The notes below the pieces were generated by a model that saw only the letters and a program-made list of their open reading frames with translations, searched no databases and was not told the DNA's origin. A stretch of DNA of 64,000 nucleotides from positions 1,984,001 to 2,048,000 of the forward strand of contig OY970178.1 in the NCBI GenBank assembly GCA_963707915.1. Direction: 5' to 3'. Shown piece by piece: positions 30,483 to 42,577 of this stretch; position 1 is the first letter of the stretch; every line of letters starts with the position of its first letter. This DNA is from Candidatus Eiseniibacteriota bacterium. Its GTDB lineage: Bacteria > Eisenbacteria > RBG-16-71-46. The position numbers and the translations under genes are program-made.

Positions 30483-30929
30483 GTGAAGGACGATCCCAAG
30501 AACCCGCTCGAGAGCCTGCAGCACGAGGTCGAGCGCCTGTTCCACGACCTGGTCTACCGGCGCCATCCCGCATCGCACTTCGCCGAGCCGCGCTGGTCGC
30601 CCGCCGCGGACCTGGTCGTCGGCCAGGAATCGGCGCGCGTCATCTTCGAGCTGGCGGGCGTGCCGCGCGAGGGCGTGAAGGTCCTCCTGCGCGGCAACGT
30701 GCTCGAGGTGAGCGGCCGGCGCAGCCCGCCCCAGGAACCGGCCGGCACCCACTACCACCGCGCGGAGATCTACTTCGGCGATTTCCGCCGCCTGGTCGAG
30801 CTGCCCTGGGAAGCCGACGCGAGCCAGGTCGAGGCCGTCTACCGCGAAGGCATGCTCGAGGTGCGCCTCAAGCGCGCGCCGGAACCCGAACGCAAGGAGA
30901 TCGTGATCGAGGAGCCGGAAGCCCGCTGA
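30483..30929 (+). CDS. Hsp20/alpha-crystallin small heat-shock protein
   Basis: GTG 30483; ELAGVPREGVKV..GNVLEVSG.R, YHRAEIYFGDFRRLVELP, AVYREGMLEV. Confidence 0.9.
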   Translation: MKDDPKNPLESLQHEVERLFHDLVYRRHPASHFAEPRWSPAADLVVGQESARVIFELAGVPREGVKVLLRGNVLEVSGRRSPPQEPAGTHYHRAEIYFGDFRRLVELPWEADASQVEAVYREGMLEVRLKRAPEPERKEIVIEEPEAR

Positions 30930-30957
30930 GGGCGCCCGGCCGATCGAGAAGACATCC

Positions 30958-33390
<2,433 letters not shown>

Positions 33391-33497
33391 CGGTCCCGGC
33401 GGAACGAGGGCCCGGCGCGTCCCGCGCGCATCCGCCCGAAAGCCCGCCGCCCCGTCCGCGAAGCGCGAACGGGGCGGCGGCAGGACGAGCCTGGAGT

Positions 33498-35243
33498 CTA
33501 GCGCACGATCACAACGCGGCCGGTCTCGATCGCCTCGTCGGTGCCGCGGTGGCGCGCGAAGTAGAGCCCCGGGGCGAGCGTCGCGGTCCCCTCGAGCGTG
33601 ACCTCGCGCGCGCCGGCGGACACCTCGGTCTCGGCGCACACACGCCCCGCCACGTCGTGCAGCTGGATGAGCCCTTCCGCGACGGCGCCGAGCGTGGCGA
33701 CCACGCCCCGCCCCGGCGCGAAGCGCAGCCGGAACACCCGCGGGGCAACGACCACCGGCTCCACGCCGACAGCCTCGCCGCCCGGGGCGAAGCGCCGCGC
33801 GAACACGCCCTGGCGCTCGTACCTCTGCGACCAGACGAAGATCGCGCCGGCGCCGCTCGTGGGCGCCAGGCCGATGTCCATGTAGAAGTAGTACAGCGTG
33901 TGGTCGTTCCATTCGAGGAAGTCCGGCCCGGCCGCGCCCGAGGCATACGTGTGCTTGAGCGCGATGCCTGAGAACGGGGAGCCCTGGCTGAACGGGATGT
34001 TCGAGCGATACGAGGCGAGGTACGTGTCGCCCGTCGGCGGCACGATAAATTCGAACCCCCCGCCCATCGGCGCGCTCCATTCCATCTGCGTGGCCGCCGG
34101 CGTGAAGCGCGTCAGCGAGATGTCGTCGAACGCGAACACGCCGCCCGCGGTCTCCGGGAACAGGCGCAGCGAGTTGTCCGCACCGTAATCGGCCGCCTGC
34201 CTCCAAACACCTCCCGCATCCGGCACCACGCCCGCCAGGGGCCACGACGGATCCGCCGCGCCGGTCGAGTCTCGATGGAAGAGCCTCGGCGTCAGCGTGG
34301 CCCCGCCGTCCACCACGTCCGAAACGAGCAGGTACGCGCCCTCTGCCCCATCGGAAGCAACCGCCACAGGCGATGCCGCGAAGTAGGGCGGGTAGGAGGG
34401 TGAGTAGACGGCAGAGGCGTTCACCAGCAACTCGCCGTGGAACTCGCGCACGGCCACGCTGCCGGACTCCCATCCGGGCGCCTCGGACCCCTCCGACATG
34501 AGGCGCAGGAGCCGCCATGAACCGGCGTGATACCCGTTCGCGTCGTACACCGCATCGCCCCACGCGACCCAGGCGCCGCCGTCGGAGGCCGGGGCGTACG
34601 AGAAGGCGAGCGTCCGCAACCCGCCATTGGATTGATCTGAGATGGCGTACTGGAAGCCCCCCTCGGGCCAGCCTCCCGCGCTGAGGCCGTCCGGACCCAG
34701 GTGCACGATGCAACCCGACGTGTACAACGGCGCGCCCATGAGCCACCCGAGCCAGATGCCACCCTGCCCGTCGGCGAACACCCGTGGACGGAATGCCGAC
34801 GCAAAGATGTAGCCGAGGAACCTGCCGCGCGCCGTCCAGCCGGCGGCGATCTTGCCGTCCGGGATCACGCGCGTGAGGTAGAGCTCCGCGCCTTCCATCC
34901 ACCAGACGTAGGCACCACCATTGCCGTCAGCGAGCGCGCCGAGCGCCGAACGGTTCACCGTCTCGCTGCTGACATGCGCGCCGGCCACCGGCCAGGTCGC
35001 GTCGACGTCGCCGTTCGCGAGCAGGCGCCTGGCAAGCAGCCGGAACGTGCCGGGACTCGCCGCGACGTCCTGTTGCCACACGACGATGGCGCCGTCCTGC
35101 GCGTCGGAGGCGGCGGCGACCAGCGGACATGCGTCCGTCGTCGCGTGCACGGTGACGGGATCCACCGACCAGGCCGCGTGGCCGACGGCGGGAGCGAGGA
35201 GCGCTGCGCTCAGGATCAGGGCGATCTCAAGGCGGGCCTTCAT
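33498..35243 (-). CDS. Secreted repeat (probable beta-propeller) protein with a degenerate T9SS-type C-terminal domain
   Basis: GGAGG RBS; signal peptide; about 7 repeats like sDGxGGAxVxW; C-terminal LHDVAGRV...LAPGLYFAR...RVVIVR. Confidence 0.75.
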   Translation of the reverse strand: MKARLEIALILSAALLAPAVGHAAWSVDPVTVHATTDACPLVAAASDAQDGAIVVWQQDVAASPGTFRLLARRLLANGDVDATWPVAGAHVSSETVNRSALGALADGNGGAYVWWMEGAELYLTRVIPDGKIAAGWTARGRFLGYIFASAFRPRVFADGQGGIWLGWLMGAPLYTSGCIVHLGPDGLSAGGWPEGGFQYAISDQSNGGLRTLAFSYAPASDGGAWVAWGDAVYDANGYHAGSWRLLRLMSEGSEAPGWESGSVAVREFHGELLVNASAVYSPSYPPYFAASPVAVASDGAEGAYLLVSDVVDGGATLTPRLFHRDSTGAADPSWPLAGVVPDAGGVWRQAADYGADNSLRLFPETAGGVFAFDDISLTRFTPAATQMEWSAPMGGGFEFIVPPTGDTYLASYRSNIPFSQGSPFSGIALKHTYASGAAGPDFLEWNDHTLYYFYMDIGLAPTSGAGAIFVWSQRYERQGVFARRFAPGGEAVGVEPVVVAPRVFRLRFAPGRGVVATLGAVAEGLIQLHDVAGRVCAETEVSAGAREVTLEGTATLAPGLYFARHRGTDEAIETGRVVIVR

Positions 35244-35536
35244 GAGTCACCTCCCATGCAGGGCGACGCGGGCTCGGGGGCATCCAGTCGCGACGTCGTC
35301 CAGCCGGGATTGTTCGCCCCGGTGCAGAACGCTGTCAAGGCCTGACCGTGCGCCGCCAGGAGCGCCGGAGCCCCGACCCCGCTGCCCGGGCGCCGCTTCC
35401 GCACGAGCGGGAGCCAGCAGATGGGCGGGGCGCACCGGTGTCCCCTGCCGACTCGCAGCCCGGCGCTCAAGTCCCCGCCCCGGATACCGGGATCATGGGA
35501 AAGGGCAGCTGTGCCCGACAGGAGGAGAATATCCCC

Positions 35537-36102
35537 ATGGTCAACGGAATCAGTCCTGCGCTCTACGGCCTGGACGCGGCCTCGTGGTCGGCCACCCAGG
35601 CACGTCGTGAATCCACCGTGGCCACGAACCTCCTCGCGGTGCAGGCCTCGAGTGACACCACCGCCGAGATCGACATCGCCACGAAGGACGGCGACATGGT
35701 GACGATCTCGCTCTCCTCCGACGTCGATGCGGGATATGCCTACTACCGCCGCACAGGCCCCGCTGCAGGAAGCGATCTGGAAGCCAGAGCGTTGGTCGCC
35801 TCGGCCAGCAGCGAGCTGCAGATCACGGTGCCGGGGAACCTCGACGAGCAGGAGTTGGCCGACATCACGAAGCTCGTCCGGCAGCTCGGTCAGGCGATCC
35901 GCAGCTTCGTGAAGGGCGACACCACCGCGTCGGCCCGGCAGGCCCTCGCATCTGGCCCGTCTCGCCGTCGAGGATGTGGATGGCCGCCGAACCCGCGGTG
36001 AAGCTGACCTGGCCGGCGCCGAAGTGGTGGGTCTCGCGCCCGAGCGCGTCGTGGAGCCGGAACTCGCGCGGCGTCGAGGCGAGCGCGGCCCCACCGTCCT
36101 AG
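35537..36102 (+). pseudogene. Decayed paralog of the gene at 37658-38464
   Basis: About the first 135 codons closely match the intact copy (e.g. IDIATKDGDMVTISL vs IDIVTKDGDTVTISL); premature TGA at 36001; fragmented nucleotide similarity continues to about 36100. Confidence 0.75.
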
Positions 36103-36313
36103 CCGGCGCCCGCGGCCGGCCCGGGACACCCGGGCGAGCGTCGAGCGGGCCCGTGCGGCCCGGCGGCCCCGGTTCCATCTCCGCAGCGTGGCGACTTCGC
36201 AACGGACGCGAGGCGTCCTGCATGTCGCCGCTCACTGGACGCGCTGCCGCAGGCCGTGTTCCCGCGGGCGTGGTTCATGCTTGGGCCTCTCCCCCCCTGG
36301 TGGAGGAGATCCC

Positions 36314-37372
36314 ATGAACGCACACCGAACCGGACTCATCAGCGCGCTCGCCCTGGCCCTCGTCCTGTCCGCGGGTTGTTCCTCGCAGCCGAGCGCGATC
36401 ACGGCGCCCCTCGAGGCCGCGGCGGCGCCCGACCCGGGCCACAGCGGCGTCGTGCTGCTCGAGGACTTCGCCGGCCGCCAGATCTTCCCGGCCAGCGACG
36501 GCTGGAACCTGGACGCCAGCCAGGCCCCGGTGGACTCGAACTCCCAGGCCTACATCGACCTGATCAGCAGGCGCACGGCGCAGAACCCGGGCGGCGTGTG
36601 CAGGCTCTCCGCCCGTTTCGGCCCCCCGCCCTGGGGCATCCCCTACGTCGGGGTCTCCGGCAAGCAGGCGCTGCTGCCCGTCACCTTCGACAACTCGATC
36701 CAGAGCGACCCGGCGGCGCCGGGGCGGCCGGTCGGCTACCCGATCCCCGAGGAAGCGAAGCTCCTGCCCAGCTACCTCGAGGGCAACCTGCCCGGCGGGG
36801 GCACGGCCGGCGACCGGCACATGATCGTGGTGGACCGCGACAACGGCCTGCTGTTCGAGACCTGGGCCACGCGCTGGAACGCGGATGCCGGCCGCTGGGA
36901 AGCGGGCTCGGGGGCGACGTTCAGTCTCTCCGCCGGCGCCGTGCGCCCCCACGGCTGGACCTCGGCCGACGCGGCGGGGCTGGCCATCTTCCCGGGCCTG
37001 GTGCGTTACGACGAGGCGTACGGCGAGGGCGAGATCACGCATGCCTTCCGCACCACGTGTCCGTTCGTGTACGAGCACGTTTGGCCCGCCTCGCACACCG
37101 AGGCGGGCGGCGTGATCGGTGCGCCGCCGCTGGGCGCGCGGCTGCGGCTCAAGGCCTCGGTCGACCTCTCCGGCTACGCACCCCAGATCCAGCGGATCTT
37201 CCGTGCCATGCAGAAGTACGGGCTGATCATCGCGGACAGCGGCGGTGACGGCCTGGGCGTGACCGGCACGATGGACGCGCGCTGGAACGGCAACCTCCTC
37301 AACCCGGCGTTCGGGAGCCTCACCGCGGACGACTTCGAGGTCGTGCAGCTGGGCTGGGGGCAACCGAACTAG
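36314..37372 (+). CDS. Uncharacterised lipoprotein
   Basis: GGAGG RBS + ATG 36314; LSAG/C lipobox; motifs GDRHMIVVD, WTSADAAGL, LGARLRLK, AMQKYGLIIADSG. Confidence 0.8.
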   Translation: MNAHRTGLISALALALVLSAGCSSQPSAITAPLEAAAAPDPGHSGVVLLEDFAGRQIFPASDGWNLDASQAPVDSNSQAYIDLISRRTAQNPGGVCRLSARFGPPPWGIPYVGVSGKQALLPVTFDNSIQSDPAAPGRPVGYPIPEEAKLLPSYLEGNLPGGGTAGDRHMIVVDRDNGLLFETWATRWNADAGRWEAGSGATFSLSAGAVRPHGWTSADAAGLAIFPGLVRYDEAYGEGEITHAFRTTCPFVYEHVWPASHTEAGGVIGAPPLGARLRLKASVDLSGYAPQIQRIFRAMQKYGLIIADSGGDGLGVTGTMDARWNGNLLNPAFGSLTADDFEVVQLGWGQPN

Positions 37373-37389
37373 GCCCCGGCCGGGGCCCT
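37372..37389 (+). terminator. GC palindromic hairpin right after the lipoprotein stop
   Basis: ggccccgg/ccggggcc immediately after TAG; no T tract. Confidence 0.35.
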
Positions 37390-37657
37390 CACGGGCCATC
37401 TCCGGTGCCGGGCGGTGCCGGCTCCATCGGGAGGATCCGGCCGGGGCACCGATTCCCCACGATCATCCGCCCGGCCGTAGCGTCTGGACGGGCCTCGCTT
37501 TGGGCCTGCAAGGGCGTCGTGTCGCCCACCGGGGCCGGGGGACCCCTCCCGGAGCGGCCCCCCACTCCAAGCCTGCCCGCCGCCCCCTCAAGCCCCGGTC
37601 TCTCGGACCGAGATTATGGGTAGGGGCACCCGTGCCCGGAAAGTGAGGCTACCCCCC

Positions 37658-38464
37658 ATGATCAACGGAATCAGTCCCGCGCTCGTCGGGCTCGACCCGA
37701 CCGCGTGGTCGTCCGCCCCGGCGCGCCGGGAGTCCTCCAGTGCCACGAGCGTCCTCGCGGCGCAGGCCTCGAGCGAGACCACGGCCGACATCGACATCGT
37801 CACCAAGGACGGCGACACGGTGACGATCTCCCTGCACTCCGACGTCGACGCGGGGTACGCCTACTATCGCCGCACCGGTGACGGGAGCGAACTGGAAGCC
37901 CGCGCGCTCGTCGCCTCGGTCAGCCAGGAGTTGCAGGTCACGGTGGAGGGGAGCCTCGACGAGCAGGAGCTGGCCGACATCGCGAAGCTTGTCAAGCAGA
38001 TCGGCCAGGCGATCCGCAGCTTCGTCAAGGGCAACACCACGGCGTCGGCCCAGCAGGCCCTCGAGGGGCCCGCGCTGGACTCGCTCTCGGGATTCTCGCT
38101 CGACATGACGCATTCGGACAGCCTCGCGCTGGTCGCGGCGGGCGCCACGACGACGACCGCTCCGGCGGGCGAGGTGACGTTCGAGAAGCCCGTGGCCGAG
38201 CCGCTGCCGACGCTCCCGATCGCGTACGAGGCGGACCCGCCGGACTCCCGGCGCCCTGGCGTCGAGGGCGTGCTCGAGGCGATGCAGAAGAGCGTGAAGG
38301 ACTCCGGCATCGACCTGGCCCGGGCCGGGAAGGTGCTGGTGAGGGCGCTCGAGCGGCTGATGAAGCGCATCGCCGAGGAACCGGCGGGCAGGTCCGCCCG
38401 GCCGGCGCTCGAGGAGATCGCGGCCCGCCTCCCCGAGCACCTGCGGCACGCGCACGACGAGTAG
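37658..38464 (+). CDS. Hypothetical protein (TxDGDxVTISL family, DUF5610-like)
   Basis: ATG 37658; MINGISPA..., IDIVTKDGDTVTISL, VEGSLDEQELADI; high GC3. Family call from memory only. Confidence 0.75.
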   Translation: MINGISPALVGLDPTAWSSAPARRESSSATSVLAAQASSETTADIDIVTKDGDTVTISLHSDVDAGYAYYRRTGDGSELEARALVASVSQELQVTVEGSLDEQELADIAKLVKQIGQAIRSFVKGNTTASAQQALEGPALDSLSGFSLDMTHSDSLALVAAGATTTTAPAGEVTFEKPVAEPLPTLPIAYEADPPDSRRPGVEGVLEAMQKSVKDSGIDLARAGKVLVRALERLMKRIAEEPAGRSARPALEEIAARLPEHLRHAHDE

Positions 38465-39027
38465 GGCGGATCCACGGCGGCGCCGGGCCCACCGCGGCCC
38501 CGGCGCCGTCGCGCACCGCCGGCCACGCCCCCGCGCAGTCTCCGCGGGGGCGCGGCGTTTGGGGAGCGATCCCGCCGCGTGACGCCCGGGGGTGCGCGCC
38601 ACGTGGGCCGCGCACGCCGCCCGGGCGCAGGGTCCCGCCTGCCGCCCCTTCCGGCGCACGCGCGCTCGACCCCGCTCGTCCTGGTCCCGACGCGGACGAG
38701 ACCGTCCCCGGGCGGCCCTTCCCCACCAGACTCAGGCGGCGAGGACGGCGCCGTGCTGGGCAGGTCATACGTTTGGACCATTGCCCCATACGGAGGAGTG
38801 AACGAAGATGAGACTCCACGCGTGATTTGCGCGGGCAGGGCGTAGCGAGCCGGGGCGCAGCGAGTCGAACCGCGCACCGGAGGCGCCAGCACCATCGACA
38901 GGCCGCGGAAACGCAGGCTGAATCAGGGTCACATCTCCGCCGCAGGGGAAGCGCAACGGCGGCAGGAGGTGTGGCCGCTTCTTGTGAGCCGGCGGCCCAT
39001 GGCCGGTCTCGCGTCAGGGGGAGCGCC

Positions 39028-39375
39028 ATGAGCCCGAACCCGCGAAGCACCGCGCGGAACCCGATGACCGCGCCGAAGCCGGCGTCCCGGGGACGCGTGT
39101 TCATCCGCGTGGAACGATGCAAGGGCTGCGCCTTCTGCGTCGAGTTCTGTCCGCAGAAGGTGCTGAAGCTCTCCGCCGACTTCAATCCCAAGGGCTTCCA
39201 CTACCCCGTCGTGGTCAAGGACGAGTGCATCAACTGCACCCTGTGCCTCTCCCTGTGCCCGGACTATGCGATCTACTCGAAACCCGTCGGCGCACGACCG
39301 GCCGCGCAATCGGCCCCCGGCTCGAACGGCGACGGCGTGAAGCGCGAGACGTCCCGCCAAGGAACCCCGTCATGA
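39028..39375 (+). CDS. korD: 2-oxoacid:ferredoxin oxidoreductase delta subunit (2x[4Fe-4S])
   Basis: CKGCAFCVEFCP, NPKGFHYP, CINCTLCLSLCPDYAI; ATGA overlap with the alpha gene. Confidence 0.88.
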   Translation: MSPNPRSTARNPMTAPKPASRGRVFIRVERCKGCAFCVEFCPQKVLKLSADFNPKGFHYPVVVKDECINCTLCLSLCPDYAIYSKPVGARPAAQSAPGSNGDGVKRETSRQGTPS

Positions 39376-40568
39376 GCGAGAACCCCGCGGTACTGACCGG
39401 CGAGCACTTCCTCCTGGGCGATCACGCCATCACCGAAGGGGCCCTGGCGGCCGGTTGCCGCTTCTTCGCCGGCTACCCGATCACGCCCTCGACCGAGACG
39501 GCGGAGTTGATGTCCCAGCGCATGCCCGAGGTGGGCGGCCTGTACCTGCAGATGGAGGACGAGATCGCCTCGATCGCCGCCATCCTGGGCGCGGCCTGGG
39601 GCGGGGCGAAGACCATGACCGCGACCTCCGGCCCCGGCTTCTCGCTGATGCTCGAGAACCTCGGGCTCGGCGTCATCACCGAGACCCCCACGGTGATCGT
39701 CAACGTCCAGCGCGGCGGGCCCTCCACCGGGCTGCCGACCCTCATGGCGCAGGGCGACATGATGCAGGCGCGCTGGGGCTCGCACGGCCACTACGAGATC
39801 ATCGCGGTCTCGCCCTGGAACGCGCAGGAGTGCTTCGAGCTCACGCTGCGCGCGTTCAACCTCGCCGAGCGCTACCGGACGCCGGTGCTGGTGCTGGCCG
39901 ACGCGGAGATCGGCCACCTGATCGAGAAGGTCGTGATCCCGCCGGCCGAGAGCCTCGAGATCTGGCACCGCAAGCGGCCGACCGCGAAGCCCGGCGAGTT
40001 CAAGACCTTCCAGCCCGACGACGACCTCATCCCGCCCATGGCGCCGATCGGCGAGGGCTACCGCGTCTTCGTGGACAGCCTCACCCACGACGAGCGCGGC
40101 TACCCGGTGATGACCGCCGAGTGCCAGGCGAAGCTGGTCCAGCGGCTGTGCGACAAGATCACCCACAACCGCTTCGCGATCTACGACAACGTCGAGCGGG
40201 ACGTGGAGGACGCCGAGGTCCTGGTGCTGTCCTACGGCATCTCGGCGCGCACCGCGATGCGCTCGATCGCGCTGGCGAAGGCGCGCGGCCTGAAGGTCGG
40301 CATGCTGCGGCTGCGGACCGTCTGGCCGTTCCCCGACGAGCGCGTGCGGGAGTTGTCCCGGAAGGTCAAGGGCATCGTGGTTCCCGAGCTCAACCTGGGC
40401 CAGATGGTGCGCGAAGTGGAGCGCTGCGCGATCGACACCTGCCAGGTCGCGCTGGTGCCGCATGCCGGCGGCAGCCTGCACGACCCCGAGGCGATCCTCG
40501 AGGCGATCGTCCAGGTGTCCGAGGGCCGGGCGCCGTCGCGGGCGGCCCTGGCGGTCCAGGGGAAGTAG
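39372..40568 (+). CDS. korA: 2-oxoacid:ferredoxin oxidoreductase alpha subunit
   Basis: FFAGYPITPSTE, QMEDEIAS, TATSGPGFSLM, QRGGPSTGLPT, VPELNLGQ. Confidence 0.95.
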   Translation: MSENPAVLTGEHFLLGDHAITEGALAAGCRFFAGYPITPSTETAELMSQRMPEVGGLYLQMEDEIASIAAILGAAWGGAKTMTATSGPGFSLMLENLGLGVITETPTVIVNVQRGGPSTGLPTLMAQGDMMQARWGSHGHYEIIAVSPWNAQECFELTLRAFNLAERYRTPVLVLADAEIGHLIEKVVIPPAESLEIWHRKRPTAKPGEFKTFQPDDDLIPPMAPIGEGYRVFVDSLTHDERGYPVMTAECQAKLVQRLCDKITHNRFAIYDNVERDVEDAEVLVLSYGISARTAMRSIALAKARGLKVGMLRLRTVWPFPDERVRELSRKVKGIVVPELNLGQMVREVERCAIDTCQVALVPHAGGSLHDPEAILEAIVQVSEGRAPSRAALAVQGK

Positions 40569-40570
40569 CG

Positions 40571-42577
40571 ATGCCCCGGATCGGCGTCTTCGTCTGTCAC
40601 TGCGGCGAGAACATCGCCCGCACGGTGGACGTCCGCAAGGTGGCCGAGAGCGCCGGGAAGATCCCCGGCGTGGTCTTCTCCACCGACTACACCTACATGT
40701 GCTCCGCGCCCGGCCAGAAACTGGTGATGGACGCCATCCGCGAGCGGGGGCTCACCGGGGTCGTGGTCTCGGCCTGTTCCCCGCAGCTCCACGAGCCCAC
40801 GTTCCGCAACGCCGTGAAGCAGGCGGGCCTCAATCCCTTCATGTGCGAGATGGCGAACATCCGCGAGCAGTGCTCGTGGGTGCACCCGGACCGCGCCGAG
40901 GGCACGGCCAAGGCCTCCCGGATCATGGCCTCGGCGGTGCAGAAGGTGGCGCGCAGCCGCCCGCTGAACGCCTCGGAGGTGCCGGTCACCAAGCGCGCAC
41001 TGGTCATCGGCGGCGGCGTGGCCGGGATCCGCACGGCGCTCGACATCGCCAACGCCGGCCACGAGGTGGTGCTGGTCGAGAAGCAGCCGTCGATCGGCGG
41101 CAACATGGCGCGACTGAGCGAGACGTTCCCGACACTCGACTGCTCCCAGTGCATCCTGACCCCGCTCATGGTCGAGGTCGCGCGCCACCCGCGCATCGAG
41201 CTCATCACCCACGCCGAGGTCGAGGAGGTCTCGGGCTACGTCGGCAACTTCCGCGTCCGCATCCGCCGCCGGCCGTCGTTCGTGCGCGCGGACCAGTGCA
41301 CCGCCTGCGGCGACTGCGCCGCCGCGTGCCCGGTGTCCGTGCCGAACGAGTTCGACCAGGGCCTGGCGTGGCGCAAGGCGATCTACATCCCGTTCCCCCA
41401 GGCCGTGCCCTCGACCTACACGCTCGACGCCGCCAACTGCTCGAACCAGTCGCTGGTCTCGGCCAAGAGCGGCTACCGGGTGCTGGCGTGCGAGCGCTGC
41501 GCCAACGCCTGCAGCCGCAAGGCGATCGACTACGACATGAAGCCCGAGATCCTCGAGCGCGAGGTCGGCGCGATCGTCGCCGCCACCGGCTACAAGATGA
41601 TGGGCGGCGAGGGGCTCGCGGACTACGGCTACGGCCGCTACCCGGACGTGGTGGACAGCCTCGAGTTCGAGCGGTTGCTCTCCGCCTCGGGGCCGACCGG
41701 CGGCGAGGTGCTCCGGCCGTCCGACGGCAGGCCCGCGCGGGACGTGGTGTTCGTGCAGTGCGTGGGCTCGCGCGACCCCGAACACGGCTACCCCTACTGC
41801 TCCCGGGTCTGCTGCATGTACACGGCCAAGCACGCGCTGCTGTTCAAGCACAAGGTGCATGGCGGACGGGCCACGGTCTTCTACATCGACATCCGCGCCG
41901 CGGGCAAGGGCTACGAGGAGTTCGTGCAGCGCGCGATGCAGGAGGAGCGCGTCCTCTACGTGCGCGGGCGCGTCGCCCGGGTGGTCCAGCAGGACGGGCA
42001 GCTCGTGGTCTACGGCGCCGACACGCTCAGCGGCCAGCCGCTGCAGGTGCGCGCCGACCTCGTGGTGCTGGCCAGCGCGATGGTGCCCGCCCAGACCGAC
42101 GTGGCGGCCCGGCTGCGCGTGCCGACCGACGCCTACGGCTTCTTCCAGGAGGCCCACCCCAAGCTGCGCCCGGTCGAGACGCTGACCGCGGGGATCTTCA
42201 TCACCGGCGCGGCGCACGGGCCGAAGGACATCCCGGACACGGTGGCCCAGGCGTCGGCCGCCGCGTCGAAGGCGCTCGACCTGTTGTCCCGGACCCGGCT
42301 GCAGCGCGAACCGACCATCGCCCGCGTCGACGAGGCCGTGTGCATGGCCTGCTTCGAGTGCATCCGGGTGTGCCCCTACCAGGCGGTCGCGAGGCACGAG
42401 ATCCGCGCGCGCGACGGGCGGCTGCTGCGCGTGGTCGCACGCGTGAACCCGGCGATGTGCGAAGGCTGCGGCGCCTGCTCCGGCGCGTGCCGCTCGAGCG
42501 CCATGGACCTGCAGGGCTACACCGACAGCCAGATCTTCGCGCAGCTGACCGCGCTGATGGCGGGGGTGAACTCATGA
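40571..42577 (+). CDS. hdrA: Heterodisulfide reductase subunit A (flavin-based electron-bifurcating subunit)
   Basis: ATG 40571; GVFVCHCG, YMCS, ACSP..HE, NIREQCSWVH, GGGVAG, ETFPTLDCSQC, LEFERLL, QCVGSRD..YCSRVCCMYTAK, GPKDIPDTVAQ, and two ferredoxin domains. Confidence 0.95.
   Translation: MPRIGVFVCHCGENIARTVDVRKVAESAGKIPGVVFSTDYTYMCSAPGQKLVMDAIRERGLTGVVVSACSPQLHEPTFRNAVKQAGLNPFMCEMANIREQCSWVHPDRAEGTAKASRIMASAVQKVARSRPLNASEVPVTKRALVIGGGVAGIRTALDIANAGHEVVLVEKQPSIGGNMARLSETFPTLDCSQCILTPLMVEVARHPRIELITHAEVEEVSGYVGNFRVRIRRRPSFVRADQCTACGDCAAACPVSVPNEFDQGLAWRKAIYIPFPQAVPSTYTLDAANCSNQSLVSAKSGYRVLACERCANACSRKAIDYDMKPEILEREVGAIVAATGYKMMGGEGLADYGYGRYPDVVDSLEFERLLSASGPTGGEVLRPSDGRPARDVVFVQCVGSRDPEHGYPYCSRVCCMYTAKHALLFKHKVHGGRATVFYIDIRAAGKGYEEFVQRAMQEERVLYVRGRVARVVQQDGQLVVYGADTLSGQPLQVRADLVVLASAMVPAQTDVAARLRVPTDAYGFFQEAHPKLRPVETLTAGIFITGAAHGPKDIPDTVAQASAAASKALDLLSRTRLQREPTIARVDEAVCMACFECIRVCPYQAVARHEIRARDGRLLRVVARVNPAMCEGCGACSGACRSSAMDLQGYTDSQIFAQLTALMAGVNS

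Noticed and set aside
38465..39027. Rex/FNR box or riboswitch upstream of the Kor-Hdr-Flx operon
   Set aside because: An AT-richer patch (38765-38830) has short repeats (CATACG twice, GGAGT/ACTCC) but no convincing consensus match.
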